Shown: positions 18,914 through 32,000 of the stretch, in pieces
Layout of the letters: each line of letters starts with the position of its first letter
Numbering within the stretch: the stretch's first letter is position 1
IMG/VR virus record: IMGVR_UViG_3300032325_000466
Span: 64,001 to 128,000 of that record
Origin: a virus
DNA length: 64,000 nucleotides
Reading direction: 5' to 3' (one strand)
The notes under the pieces: generated by a model
What the model was told of the DNA's origin: nothing
Seen by the model: only the letters and a program-made list of their open reading frames with translations
The model's database searches: none
Program-made: the position numbers and the translations under genes

Positions 18914-21900
18914 ATGCCATATGATATTTTTAAACCAAAAGGACCTGCCAAAGGAACCCAATCTAATGCCGGCGGCGCTGTTACCAGACCAACTCCGATA
19001 TTTGGTGTTGTAAAAGATAACATTGATCCGATTAGATCAGGTAGATTGCGCGTTTATATAGCTGATATGGGCGGAAAAAATCCAGAAAATGAGCGATCTT
19101 GGATAACAGTAAATTATATGTCTCCTTTCTTTGGATTCACTAGTGGTAGTCCACCTAATACTGGTTGGGGAGGCTATGTAGAAAACTCAGCATCTTATGG
19201 TATGTGGACTAGTCCGCCCGACATAGGAACTACTGTTATATGTATATTTGTCAATGGTGACTTAAATTATGGGTATTGGATAGGATGTGTACCTGAACCT
19301 GAAAAACTATATATGGTGCCTGCTATTGGCGGCGCCGAAGATATTGTTGCAAATCAGGGAGAAGCAGATAGTTATGGCGGCGCAACTAGATTACCGGTAA
19401 GTAATATTAACACTAATAATAATAAAATAAATGATTCAGAGGTATTTTTTGATCAACCAAAGCCAGTGCATAGTTATGCAGCAACGGTGTTATCACAGCA
19501 AGGACTACTACGAGATCCAATTAGAGGACCTATCGGATCAAGCGCACAACGAGAAACACCTTCTAGAGTTGGATTTGGGGTAAGTACTCCAGGAAGACCA
19601 ATATATGCTGGTGGCTATACAGATGAAACCCTAGGTAGTGCAGACAGCGCAGCTAAAACACAAATAATTTCTCGTAGAGCGGGCCATAGTATTGTAATGG
19701 ATGACGGAGATATCTCTGGCAGAGATCAGCTAATAAGATTAAGAACCTCTCTAGGTCATCAGATTTTAATGAGTGATGATGGTCAAACGCTATTCATTAT
19801 TCATGCAAATGGCCAAAGTTATATTGAGTTAGGTAAAGAAGGTACAATAGATATGTACTCAACTAACTCAGTTAATATTAGAACTCAGGGTGATTTAAAT
19901 CTACACGCAGATAATAATATCAATATCAATGCAGCTAAAGATTTAACCATGAAAGCTAAAACTATTAAATTAGAATCAGAAGAAAGTACTACACACAGAG
20001 TTGGTACAGATTACAGTATGCAGGTAATGGGTCAATATACAGTAAAAGTAAATGGACAACTAAGTTTTGCAGCAGGTGCTGATGCGTCTTTTGCTAGCAG
20101 CGGCGTAGCATACATTAAAGGAAGCAAAGTAAATCTTAACACAGGACAAACTTCTGCTACCCCAAAGGAAGTCAAACCTATTCCTGTTATAGCACATACT
20201 GATACACTAAATGACGCTACTAAGGGATGGCTAGCTGCACCAGGAAAACTAACCAGTATAGTAAGTCGCGCCCCGGCACATGCACCGTGGGCTAACGCTA
20301 ATCAAGGGGTAGATGTTAAAATAGATAATAGTGCAGGTGCGTCACTACCCACAGCTCCTTCTACTACTATTGCTAATACTAATGGTGCGGTACCCGCACA
20401 ACCAACTAACCCAACATCACCTGCCCTATCCTCTACAGCACCACCTGTGCCCCCAGTTAGTAAGGCTATCGATAAGGGTACAGCAACATCAATGGTAAGT
20501 CAAACAGCAGCGTCAGCGGCTAATGGTCCAGCAAAAGAAGCCGTGGCAGCAGGTCAAGGGGTAGTGGATACGCCGCAAGGTAAGGTAGCTGCTATAGGGC
20601 CATTAGCACAAAGTCCAGAACAAATGGAAGCCGCCGGCATACTTAAACCAGGTTCAGCCGCGCTAATAAAGTCATTGATACAGAGTGGAAAAACCCTAGA
20701 AGAAGCAATGACTCCAAATTTATTTACAGGCAAAGTTGGCTCTGAATCATTGGGCGCATATGCAAATAATTTACTTGCTCAAATCGATACTCAGGTAAAA
20801 GGATTTAAAATAGCACAAAGCAATTTAATTAATAGTGGACTGATCACAGGGAAAGAATCAGGAACTCAACTGGCTGGTGTTGTTATGTCGGCAGCAACTG
20901 TTGGCATACCACAAACTATAGGGTTCATACAAAATGCAGCAACTCAAACTCTAGCTGGAGCACAGGCTAGTTTAGCAGCAGCGGCCCGAGCACCCATTAA
21001 TAGTGTATTAGGAAGCGTAGCAGACAATTTATCAGCTGGTAAATTTTCAGCAGCTTTAAATAATGGAGTCACTGGTGGACTAAGCTCATTGGGCGCATCA
21101 TTGGCGGGTATGGCTGGTGACTTAACAGGTAGATTAAGCTCACTTAGGGGAGCAGCAGCCGGCGCATTTGATGCAATAGCAAGTGCATTGCCTAAGCTTG
21201 AGGCTGGCATACCACAAAACTTGAAGAAGATTGCAGAAGGTGCAACCGCAACTGCAAATAATGAGGGGACAGACACTGCTGCTACAGTATCAAATCAACA
21301 AGCTGGTTCACAAAATGCTAGTGGAGTAGCAACAGGTACATCTAGTTCAGCATACAACCCATTTGCTGCACTTCAAAATGCAGGTAATACATTCGTAAAT
21401 ATTATACAAGCTCAACTAGATCCTGCTCTTAGAACAATTGACAGTATAGGACCAAATCTTCGTAAATTTGCAAATAACATAAGTTCAAGCAGTAGTGTAT
21501 CCGCAACCGGTATATCTTCATTGCCAGGTGGACAACAAGCTACTGTAATTGTAACTAATCTTAAAGATAATATAATTGGTACGGTAAACACGTTACCTGG
21601 CACGGATATAATTAAAGCTTTAATTGATTCTAAACTTGGTAACACAACAATTGGATTATCAACGGTAGACTCGGTGTTTACGGGTATAAATAATACCGCG
21701 ACTCAAGTTACAATTGCTGCAAAGAATGTGGGATCCGCTCTTGAAAATCTAACTACAGGTAAGGGATTATCTAGTTTAGCGCAGGCAGGATTGCCTGCAA
21801 GTGCGATAGCAAAAGTTGACGCATTGCTTAGTTCGTTTAGTTCAGGAGGTGCATCCTCAGTTAAAATGGCAACTGTAGCTACTAATACTGATGGTACTCG

Positions 21901-22051
21901 CACATCATTGGACGCACAAACTAAAGCACAATTAGATAATCCAGTGATACCTCCACCAAATTATGATAGATCGCTTACTGCACCAGAATCAAAAGAAATT
22001 ATAAATAATTTGGCTAAATTAGCGCTCGGTCCAACAGACTCAACCGTCTAA
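18914..22051 (+). CDS. gp5: Baseplate central spike with a long low-complexity C-terminus
   Basis: N-terminal OB motif GVVKDNIDP.RSGRLRVYI..W; beta-helix-like SHQILMSD/HANGQSYIE segments. Confidence 0.8.
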   Translation: MPYDIFKPKGPAKGTQSNAGGAVTRPTPIFGVVKDNIDPIRSGRLRVYIADMGGKNPENERSWITVNYMSPFFGFTSGSPPNTGWGGYVENSASYGMWTSPPDIGTTVICIFVNGDLNYGYWIGCVPEPEKLYMVPAIGGAEDIVANQGEADSYGGATRLPVSNINTNNNKINDSEVFFDQPKPVHSYAATVLSQQGLLRDPIRGPIGSSAQRETPSRVGFGVSTPGRPIYAGGYTDETLGSADSAAKTQIISRRAGHSIVMDDGDISGRDQLIRLRTSLGHQILMSDDGQTLFIIHANGQSYIELGKEGTIDMYSTNSVNIRTQGDLNLHADNNININAAKDLTMKAKTIKLESEESTTHRVGTDYSMQVMGQYTVKVNGQLSFAAGADASFASSGVAYIKGSKVNLNTGQTSATPKEVKPIPVIAHTDTLNDATKGWLAAPGKLTSIVSRAPAHAPWANANQGVDVKIDNSAGASLPTAPSTTIANTNGAVPAQPTNPTSPALSSTAPPVPPVSKAIDKGTATSMVSQTAASAANGPAKEAVAAGQGVVDTPQGKVAAIGPLAQSPEQMEAAGILKPGSAALIKSLIQSGKTLEEAMTPNLFTGKVGSESLGAYANNLLAQIDTQVKGFKIAQSNLINSGLITGKESGTQLAGVVMSAATVGIPQTIGFIQNAATQTLAGAQASLAAAARAPINSVLGSVADNLSAGKFSAALNNGVTGGLSSLGASLAGMAGDLTGRLSSLRGAAAGAFDAIASALPKLEAGIPQNLKKIAEGATATANNEGTDTAATVSNQQAGSQNASGVATGTSSSAYNPFAALQNAGNTFVNIIQAQLDPALRTIDSIGPNLRKFANNISSSSSVSATGISSLPGGQQATVIVTNLKDNIIGTVNTLPGTDIIKALIDSKLGNTTIGLSTVDSVFTGINNTATQVTIAAKNVGSALENLTTGKGLSSLAQAGLPASAIAKVDALLSSFSSGGASSVKMATVATNTDGTRTSLDAQTKAQLDNPVIPPPNYDRSLTAPESKEIINNLAKLALGPTDSTV

Positions 22052-22070
22052 ATACATAAACAACTTAGTA

Positions 22071-22076
22071 TAAATA
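22071..22076 (+). promoter_or_regulatory. Late promoter, 5 nt before the gp25 ATG (leaderless)
   Basis: TATAAATA-taatc-ATG. Confidence 0.65.
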
Positions 22077-22081
22077 TAATC

Positions 22082-22531
22082 ATGGCCACATATATCGGAT
22101 TCTCAACTATTAACGCTAATCAGCCCCGTTCTACCGATCTTGCTGCAGGAGTAGACGGAGGCACAGGCGGAACAGTAAAATCAATCAATATTGGTAAAAA
22201 ATACCGATTGCTAGACCAACCACTAGTAATACAAGACTTTATTAACGCACTTAATATACCTCAGGGACAAAAAGTAGGAAATCCTGCATATGGCACTACT
22301 CTTTGGTCGTTTATATTCGAACCCAATACCACTGACACCCAATTTCAACTTCAAGATGAAATCCAACGGGTAGCTGCTCAAGATCCTAGACTCATTGTAA
22401 ATTCGGTAAACACTTATACTCAGGAAAATGGTATATTAATTGAAATGGAGTTAGCTATAGCTCCCTTCAACAACCCACAAATGCTATCAGTGTTCTTTGA
22501 TAACGCTACAAATACCGCAACATTACAATAA
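22082..22531 (+). CDS. gp25: Baseplate wedge subunit
   Basis: QG.KVGNP.YGT.LW..IFEP, DPR motif. Confidence 0.9.
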   Translation: MATYIGFSTINANQPRSTDLAAGVDGGTGGTVKSINIGKKYRLLDQPLVIQDFINALNIPQGQKVGNPAYGTTLWSFIFEPNTTDTQFQLQDEIQRVAAQDPRLIVNSVNTYTQENGILIEMELAIAPFNNPQMLSVFFDNATNTATLQ

Positions 22532-22575
22532 AAGTAGTGCTTTTAGGTATGATAAATACATAAAAGAGAATACAC

Positions 22576-25500
22576 ATGGCAACCTCCTCGCGACAATCAT
22601 CATTATTTGGCGTAAACGATTGGAAGGCAATATATCAGACCTTTCGTCAAGCTGACTTCAAAAGCTATGACTATGAGACTCTTAGAAAAAGTTTCATAGA
22701 CTATCTACGCACCTACTACCCTGAAACATTCAATGACTATATTGAGAGTAGCGAATTTATTGCGCTACTAGATGTTATGGCGTTCATGGGTCAAGGTCTT
22801 GCGTTTCGTAACGATCTTAATGCCCGCGAAAACTTTATTGATACTGCTGAACGCAGAGATAGCGTTATCAAATTAGCAAACTTAGTTAGCTACAACCCAA
22901 AAAGAAACATAGCAGGACAGGGATATATAAAAGTTAATACTATCCAAACAACAGAAAATCTTACTGATTTGAATGGGTTTAATTTGAGTAACTTACCTGT
23001 GCTTTGGAATGATCCAGTTAATGTGAATTGGTTAGAACAATTTAATACTATCATTAATGCAGCACTGATTAATGTGCAACGAGTTGGTCGTCCAGGAAAT
23101 AGTCAGACTCTACTAGGTATTAAAACAGACGAATATACACTTGCTATTCCTCCAGGTAACTTGCCCGTTATTCCATTTACATCACAAGTAGATGGTATTA
23201 ATATGAATTTTGAACTTGTAAGTGTAACCAGCGTTGATGAAGATTATGTATATGAAATACCACCTGCCCCATCAGGTAGATTTAACATGGTATATCGTAA
23301 TGATAAGTTGGGTTATGGTAGCCCCAATACAGGGTTCTTCTTTTACTTTAAACAGGGCACACTAACTAATTATGATTTTAATTTACCCCAACAGATATCA
23401 AATCAAGTAGTAGAGATTGGCAACATTCAAGGTATTAATAACACCGATACTTGGTTATATCAATTAAGCGCCGACAATGGAAATCAAACACTTTGGAAAG
23501 AAGTAGCCAGCGTATATGCAGACGCTCAACTACAAACAGAGTCTAGTTATAAGAAAATATTTTCTGTTATATCAAGATTTAATGACCAAGTTGCTTATTC
23601 ATTTGGTGACGGTGTATTTTCAGAAATCCCAGTTGGACCCTTTCGCTCATATGTTCGCGCCGGCAATGCGCTTACTTATACTATCGATCCAACTGAAATG
23701 CAAGGTATTTCAGTAACAATTAGCTATATTAGCAGAACAGGTAGAATAGAATCTCTGACGATTGGACTAGAACTACAACTTCCCGTAACCACAGCATTAG
23801 CTAGAGAATCATTGGCTGAAATCAAACTGCGAGCACCTGCCCGTTACTATACACAGAACCGTATGGTCAATGGTGAAGATTATAATAATTTTCCATATAC
23901 TCTATACAGTTCAATTATAAAAAGTAAAGCAATAAATCGTAGCTCAGTGGGAGTTTCAAAAAACTTAGACTTATTAGATCCAACTGGCAAATACAGCAGC
24001 ACAAACTCATTTGCAAATGATGGCGCTCTTTATCAAGATGGTTCAAACGGTGGTATCATAGCTACTGTTAATAATGTAAATGAAATTATTGCTGTTTTAA
24101 CAGACAAAATTTTACTCGCACTATCAGATAATCGTGCCAAACAATATTATCTTCAAAATTACCCAAGATATAATTTGAATCAGGCTTCAGGCGATGGTAT
24201 CGTATATTGGAATACTAGCACTGTAGATACCAATAGTATTACTGGTTATTTTTATAATCAAGTGTCTGGGACTGGTCAAGTGCCTATCCCTATAGGTACA
24301 TTCTCAAGTTATAATGCAAAATATATTACTAAGGGCGCACTAATCAAAGTAACCGCTCCATTAGGTTACTATTTTGATCAAAATCATAGATTGATATCTG
24401 GAATACCAACAACATCCGATATAACATACTATTGGACTACTGTTCTTAATGTTGTTGATGATGGTTATAACTTTGGTGAAGGTAACTTTGCAAATGGTAC
24501 GGGTCCTGTAACATTAAATGGATTCGTTCCAGGAGGCGCTGTCATTACAGTTGTAATACCAGTATTTACCAATGTATTACCAGATGTTGTTATCGCAGAA
24601 GCGATAACTAAAATGGAATTGAATCAAAGTTTCTCGCTACTCTTTAACAACGCACTAACAATTAATCAAATCCGATGGAGTATAGACACTTATAATACTA
24701 CTGGATGGTTCGTGAATTTCTTGAGTCAAGGTGCCGGCAGATATCAAATCTCATACCGCTCAATTAGATATTACTTTGGTAGCGTAGCGGATACTAGATT
24801 TACATTTGAAAATGGACAAGTAATTTATGATCCTTTTACTGGTAAAGTTTTAGCAGACTATGTAAAAGTACTAGAAACAAATACTCAGCCTAATTCTAAT
24901 TATCCTCTAACAACTCCTGTCCCAGTAACCGTAATTGGACAAACAGTAGAAAGTGATGGATATGTAAATGATTTTGAAGTTCAAGTTGCCAGTATTGATG
25001 TTAATGATAGAACAGTAGTTACTGATCCTGATTTCTTTACCACTGTTACAGGGTATGTAACAGGATCTAGTAATATTGGAATATACACTTTCTTTGAATT
25101 GATACAGGACCCAGTAAATTTATCTAGATATCAATTAATACCCACTGATGATGTAGCTTATCAGTATCCAACACAATCAGCGATTGAAGTAGTTAAATAT
25201 GACTACCCATTGGGACAACTATTTTATGCTTACGGTGAAACTGATTCAAATGGGCTATATAATGTATTCTATATTACTGTACAAGATCCTACAGTAACGA
25301 CCCCATATTATATATTAATAGCGCAGCCTCAATATTTAATGAGACCTGGTCGTCAAGGGTTACAATTCCAATATCGTCATAATAGTAATAATACTACTAG
25401 AATTGACCCTGCTACTACCAACATTATTGATTTATATTTGGTAACCCAAGCATATTATACTAGTTATACAAATTGGTTACAAGATACTACAGGTACTGTG

Positions 25501-25983
25501 CCTGAGCCATCAAGACCAACTATCAATGAACTACAGCAAGCATATGGTCAGCTAGACGATTATAAAATGTTGACTGATAGTCTTATATTAAATAGTGTAT
25601 ACTTTCAGCCACTATTTGGAACAAAGGCTGAGGCTCAATTGCAAGGAACAGTTAAAGTTATTAAGGCTCTGAATACTAGTGCAAGTGATAGTGAAATTCG
25701 TAGTGCGATATTATCTGCAATGAATGACTATTTCTCAATTAATAATTGGAATTTTGGGGACACATTTTATTTCTCTGAGCTAAGTGGGTACTTGCATACT
25801 ACATGCGGTGAACTAGTTAGCTCAGTAGTATTAGTGCCAAATGACCCTACAATGTCGTTTGGAGACTTATATGAGATAAAATCAGCCCCATATGAAATTT
25901 TCGTTAATGGTGCAAATGCTAACGATGTAATCGTTATTGCTGCATTGACCCCGGCTCAGCTACAGATAAGTACTAATAGATAA
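22576..25983 (+). CDS. gp6: Baseplate wedge subunit
   Basis: DFKSYD.E.LR, DYIESSE..ALLD, E.FIDTA.RRDSV.KLA..V.Y, Y.TQNR.V..EDY motifs. Confidence 0.9.
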   Translation: MATSSRQSSLFGVNDWKAIYQTFRQADFKSYDYETLRKSFIDYLRTYYPETFNDYIESSEFIALLDVMAFMGQGLAFRNDLNARENFIDTAERRDSVIKLANLVSYNPKRNIAGQGYIKVNTIQTTENLTDLNGFNLSNLPVLWNDPVNVNWLEQFNTIINAALINVQRVGRPGNSQTLLGIKTDEYTLAIPPGNLPVIPFTSQVDGINMNFELVSVTSVDEDYVYEIPPAPSGRFNMVYRNDKLGYGSPNTGFFFYFKQGTLTNYDFNLPQQISNQVVEIGNIQGINNTDTWLYQLSADNGNQTLWKEVASVYADAQLQTESSYKKIFSVISRFNDQVAYSFGDGVFSEIPVGPFRSYVRAGNALTYTIDPTEMQGISVTISYISRTGRIESLTIGLELQLPVTTALARESLAEIKLRAPARYYTQNRMVNGEDYNNFPYTLYSSIIKSKAINRSSVGVSKNLDLLDPTGKYSSTNSFANDGALYQDGSNGGIIATVNNVNEIIAVLTDKILLALSDNRAKQYYLQNYPRYNLNQASGDGIVYWNTSTVDTNSITGYFYNQVSGTGQVPIPIGTFSSYNAKYITKGALIKVTAPLGYYFDQNHRLISGIPTTSDITYYWTTVLNVVDDGYNFGEGNFANGTGPVTLNGFVPGGAVITVVIPVFTNVLPDVVIAEAITKMELNQSFSLLFNNALTINQIRWSIDTYNTTGWFVNFLSQGAGRYQISYRSIRYYFGSVADTRFTFENGQVIYDPFTGKVLADYVKVLETNTQPNSNYPLTTPVPVTVIGQTVESDGYVNDFEVQVASIDVNDRTVVTDPDFFTTVTGYVTGSSNIGIYTFFELIQDPVNLSRYQLIPTDDVAYQYPTQSAIEVVKYDYPLGQLFYAYGETDSNGLYNVFYITVQDPTVTTPYYILIAQPQYLMRPGRQGLQFQYRHNSNNTTRIDPATTNIIDLYLVTQAYYTSYTNWLQDTTGTVPEPSRPTINELQQAYGQLDDYKMLTDSLILNSVYFQPLFGTKAEAQLQGTVKVIKALNTSASDSEIRSAILSAMNDYFSINNWNFGDTFYFSELSGYLHTTCGELVSSVVLVPNDPTMSFGDLYEIKSAPYEIFVNGANANDVIVIAALTPAQLQISTNR

Positions 25984-26002
25984 TATTTTTTAGAGAGTTA
26001 AG

Positions 26003-29000
26003 ATGGCAACTAGAATCCGCACACTGAATTTTTTACCAGACATATTTAGAACCCCTACCAATTCACAATTTTTGGGAGCTACCCTAGATCAAATAGTTGA
26101 TCAGCCCAATACGATGAAGATAGAGGGTTATGTTGGTAGTAAGTTTGGTTATGGAGTGAATGCTAAAGATTATTATGTCGTTGAACCTACTAAAACAAGA
26201 ACAGATTATCAGTTAGAGCCAGGTGTAGTTTTTACTAAAAAAGATACTTCAACCGCACAAGATTTTATTAGCTATCCTGGTATAGTAGATGCACTAAAGC
26301 TAGCTGGTGGCGTTACAAACAATAACGATAGATTGTTTAACAGTCAATTTTATTCATGGGACTCATTTACTAATTTAGATCCTCTTATCAACTACACACA
26401 ATACTATTGGATAAGTGACACCGCATTTCCAGCAGTTACTGTTTCAACTAATACAGTGTATAATAGCGGTGCATATGTAGTTACTAGTTTGCCAACCGGG
26501 TATGAAATAACTAGTGACACTGATCCAGTTGGATCTATTAATCCATCTATTACTTTACTACGCGGCGGAGTGTATACTTTTCAAGTTAGCCAAGCTACTC
26601 AATTTTGGATTCAAGGTCAACCAGGAATTACCGGTTATGATCCCGCTCAACCCAATATGCAAACACGAGATGTATTTGGCGTAACAAATAATGGGGCTAA
26701 TGTTGGATTAGTAACTTTTGCAGTACCTTATAAAGATGCACAAGATCAGTATATCTTTTCAGGAAATAATTTAGTTGATGTTGTATCTGATATACCATAT
26801 GATCAGATTAATGGTAAGTTGTTAAGTGAAATTGGCAACATCGATGGATTAACTTCACTTGAAGGTAAAACCGTTATGTTTTATGGTGACGTAAGTGCAA
26901 GTACTTACTTTTATCAAATTACATATACTGCAGGTCCTACCCCAACAGATCCTATTATTATATTAGTACCAACAGTTGGTATCCCCGTTAACGAAAAGAT
27001 AACTGCAACATCAGGTACTACATATATAGGAAGAAACTTTTATCGAAGCCCTGCCGGGCTGATCACTATAATACCTTATCTAAGTTCTCTACTAGATACG
27101 CTATATTATCAAGACGGAACTAATCCACTCCAAGTAGGTGTGATTAATCTTATTGAAAGTAACTTCACTGATATATTGGATGTTGATACTATTATAGGTA
27201 AAAAAACATACACCTCTCCCAATGGTGTAGTATTTACTAATGGATTAAAAGTAAGTTTTAGCGGAAATATAACTCCCGCTAGTTATAGTAATAATGAATA
27301 CTATGTTCAGGGTGTGGGGACTGCAATTAGCTTAATTCCTGTTACAGCGTTGGCTGTACCTGAATCATTTACTAAACAAAGTGCATCATATATACCATAT
27401 GATACAACTCCATATGATACAAAAAACTACGATGCCCAACTTTATGTACCAATCGATCAAGACTACATCACTATATCTAGAGATAGTATAGATAAAAATC
27501 CATGGTCAAGAAGTAATCGTTGGTTTCATACAGATGTTATTAACGCAACTGCTCAATACAATAATGATCCTACTATTGTCGATAGATATGCTACACAAGC
27601 TAACAAAGCTAAACGACCAATCATAGAATTTTATCCTAACTTAGGACTATTCAATAGTGGTATCGTAGGAAAAGCTCCCGTAGATTTTATTGATATTAGA
27701 ACTACAGACGCATTTAATCAAGTAGCCGGTCAAATAATTTATTATCCAGATGTAGCAGTGTTCACCTCAGAAACCGCTATTATTGCCGCTGCGACTTCAG
27801 CAACTTCTACTACGATACAAATTAATTCTAGCAGTATATTACCAGGATCAGGATCATTTGCAGTAGGTCAGTATATTACTGATTCTACCAATGTATTACC
27901 ATATAACACAACAATCTCTGCAATTTCTGGTACTACTGGAGTATTGACTATTACCGTAGAATGGCCCAATCCTGATACTATTGTCCCAACTGGGCCAGCT
28001 TCCCTTGTAGCTAACCCCAGCCCTAATGATAACTACGCTATCTTTGATGGCGCTAGAATTGTTTTTACAAACGATACTAATATTAATGTTAGAAATAAAA
28101 TATATGTAGCTAGATTTTCAATCATAATTCCTAATGTACAAACGGTTATTACGCTTACTGAAGCAGACGATGGCTTAGTTTTACCCAATGAACAAACAGT
28201 TGCTTATAAAGGATACTATAATCAAGGAAAAGGTTGGTACTTTGACGGATTAAATTGGTACGAAGCGCAACAAAAAATAACTGTAAATCAGCCCCCACTG
28301 TTTGATATTTTTGACGGAGATAATATAAGCTTAGGCAATCCCGAAGTATATGCAGGTACTTCCTTTAAGGGAAATAAATTATTTGCATATGCAATTGGTT
28401 CAGGAACTAATGATCCAATCTTGGGGTTTCCACTTAAGTATGTTACAATCGGTGGCTTAGTAGGAGACATAAGTTTTGATGTGTCACTAAACTCTGATAC
28501 TTTTAATTATGTCAGAGGTTCTAAGTCAATCACACAAAAAGTTAATACAGGTTATGTATATAACTACAGTGATATTGATACATATGCAAGACAATTGGGT
28601 TGGCAAACCGCAGTTGCGCCTAGCAGACAATATCAACTATTTTCAGCAGACTATGACAAAACACTTTTAACCCAACAATCTACTGTTGATCCTCTTTACC
28701 CTGATACTACCACGACTAGAAATGTTTTTGTAGTTGAGTGTGATATCGCTGCCGATCTTACAAGTATTTGGCCTTATCTACAAGTTTCTAGAAATAATGA
28801 TATATTGGCACCCACTCAATACACTAGTATAGTTTCGGATACTACCACTACTGTAATTATTGATGTTGATGAGCCATTAATTGAAACAGTATATCAGATA
28901 GCAATTCTAAGCAATCAGGTAAGTTCTACCGCGTTTTACCAAATACCTATTAATTTAAATAATAATCCGCTAAACGAAGAAATAACTACTCTTAATGTAG

Positions 29001-32000
29001 GTGATATCAGAGGACAATACCAAAGTATTTTTTACAATAACCCTGATACAACGGGTGAAGTATTTGGGTCTAACAATTATAGAGACTTGGGTAACTTAGT
29101 GCCATGGGGCAATAAAATAATTCAAAACAGTGCATCTTTAGTATTGCCTGGCACTTTCTTAAGAAAGCCTGATCATAATTTAATCTTATCGTTACAATAT
29201 AATAGTCAACAATATATTACCTTTAAGAGTTTACTAATAGATACGGTCAATAATACTGCATACGAAACTTATACTACCCCTGCTAATGCACTAGATGATG
29301 CATTAGATCAAATGACTGCTTCAAAGTTAGAAAGCGGGCCATTCTTTTGGAGTGACATGATACCTTCAAAAGCTGCATACATAACAAATGTATACAGATT
29401 TGCCAACGCATTAGATGTAAGCATTTATCCATTAAGCCAAGTATATAATTTTGAAACTGCTAACTACAATGGTGTTTTGGTTTACTTGACTAGAAATAAT
29501 ATAATTACACAGTTAGTAACAGGAGTTGATTATACTGTTAGTACCACTGCACCAACACTAACTATTGAAACAGATTTATTACCTAACGATTTGATTACTA
29601 TCAAGCAATATAATCAAACATATGGTAGCTATGTACCAAACACTCCTACTAAGTTAGGGTTATATCCTGCGTTTATTCCTAGTGTAATATTAGACGCTAA
29701 TTACGCGCAACCTACATATTTTATTAAAGGACATGATGGTTCATATAATAAGTTATATGGTGAATATATTGACGGAGTACTAACTGATCTTAGAGATCAA
29801 GTCTTACTTGAATTTGAACTTAGAGTTTATAATAACTTAAAATTAAGCAATACTATTCCTATTAGGGATTATGATGTGTTGCCTGGCTTCTTTAGAGATT
29901 CACAATATTCATTCTCAGAAGTATTAAGTATATATGAACAATACTTTTTAAATTGGGTTGGTCAAAATAGAATTGAATATAAACCTCAGGTTTATATTAA
30001 TGGGGACCAATTCACTTATAATTACAATCAATCTGGTAATAAGATCAATCAAGAACAAATCCCAGTTGGTAACTGGCGTGGTGTATACCAATACTTTTAC
30101 GATACAGCTAGTCCAGACACTGCACCATGGGAAATGTTGGGCTTTGCTAATCAACCCACTTGGTGGACTTCTAGATATGGTCCAGCACCATACACTAGTG
30201 ACAACTTAATACTATGGGGCGATCTTGCAGCAGGTATTAATTGGAATAATGGTGATCCAGTTGTTATCCCTCAAGCTGTTAGACCTGAACTATTGCAAGT
30301 ATTACCAGTAGATAGTGCAGGCAATTTAGTATCACCTTTTGTTGCAGTAGTAGGTAATTATGATCAACGCACTTTCAACAATGATTGGCGTGCAGGTGAT
30401 GTTGGTCCTACAGAATTCTCATATCGCAGAAGCAGCAGTTGGCCCTTTGATTTAATGAAAATATTAGCACTAACTAAGCCTGCCAATTTCTTTAATCTAG
30501 GGGTAGACGTTGACAATTACAAATATAGCAAAGAGTTCAACCAATATCTAGTAAACGAAAGAAGCCACTTAGTAATATCTGACATAGAAATTTATGGTAC
30601 GGGCACACCAAAAACCAGTTATATTAACTGGATAGTAGATTATGAAAAGCAAGTGGGCATTGATGCTACTACTAACATCACTACACTACTTGACAATTTA
30701 GATGTAAGACTAGTTTATAGATTGGCCGGATTCAGTGATAAAACTCTGTTAAGATTCTTTGTAGAAAAAGGAACACCCAACAGTACCAACGCATCACTAA
30801 TGATTCCTGATGAAAGCTATGCTGTATTACTTTATGATAACCAACCCTTTGAACAGATTGTATATAGCAGTGTCGTTATACAAAAAACAGTCAATGGTTG
30901 GAAAGTATTTGGTAATTCACAATCTCGTGCGTATTTTACAATTAACCCTCCAAAAATAGATGGTAGATACGATACAATATCAGTTGAAAATTTATCAGTA
31001 CAAGCAGCTAACAACTACCAACTTGATAGAGAAGCTATAATTCCATATGGTACAGAATTTTATAACGCACAAGATGTAAGTCAATTTTTAGCTAGCTATG
31101 GAGCATATCTATCTAGTCAAGGTGTACTATTTGATCAAATTGAATCTGGGCTTCAAGTTAGTTGGAGTCAAATGATAGCCGAATTCTTGTATTGGGCACA
31201 ATCAGGTTGGCAAGTAGGCAGTATCGTTAATATAAACCCTGCTGCTAATCTTATTTCAATCAACCAAGAAAGCGCAATTGTACAGCCATTAACTTTACAG
31301 CGACAAAACTTTGTTCTGAATCAAAATCTATATCCAATTCAATCAATTGATCTATCTGTAGTTAGAGATGGTACACTGTTCACTGCTCAAACACTGAATC
31401 GAGGTGACACTGTAGCATATGGTCAGTTTAATATGAGTGCTATTGAGCATGGTATCGTGTTTGATAATGTAACACTGTTCAATGATGTCATTTACAATCT
31501 AGTTACTGGATTAAGACAAAACCGTATATTTTTACGAGGCACTAAAAGTGCTGAATGGAACGGTACATTGGATGCCCAAGGCTTTATACTCAACCAAGAC
31601 AACATCAACGAATGGAGTAAAGAAACAAAGTACACGACAGGTGAAATCGTCAAGTTTAAAAATAAGTATTGGGTAGCTCTAGCCAAGTTGCAAGCATCAG
31701 AAACTTTCCAAGAACAATTTTGGAAACGCACGGACTACAATGAAATACAAAAAGGTCTGCTACCTAATTCAAGCACTAGGTCTTATGAAAGCACACTGTA
31801 TTATGATACAAACTATGCTAATCTAGAACAAGACGCAGACTTGCTAAGTTTCTCTTTAATTGGTTACAGACCAAGAGATTACTTAGCAGTTGCCGATTTA
31901 ACTGATATTACTCAAATTAATGTTTATAAAAACCTGATAAAAGAAAAGGGTACTAGAACTGCTATCAATACCTTTAAGGGCGCGTCGTTAGCACAAGGTG

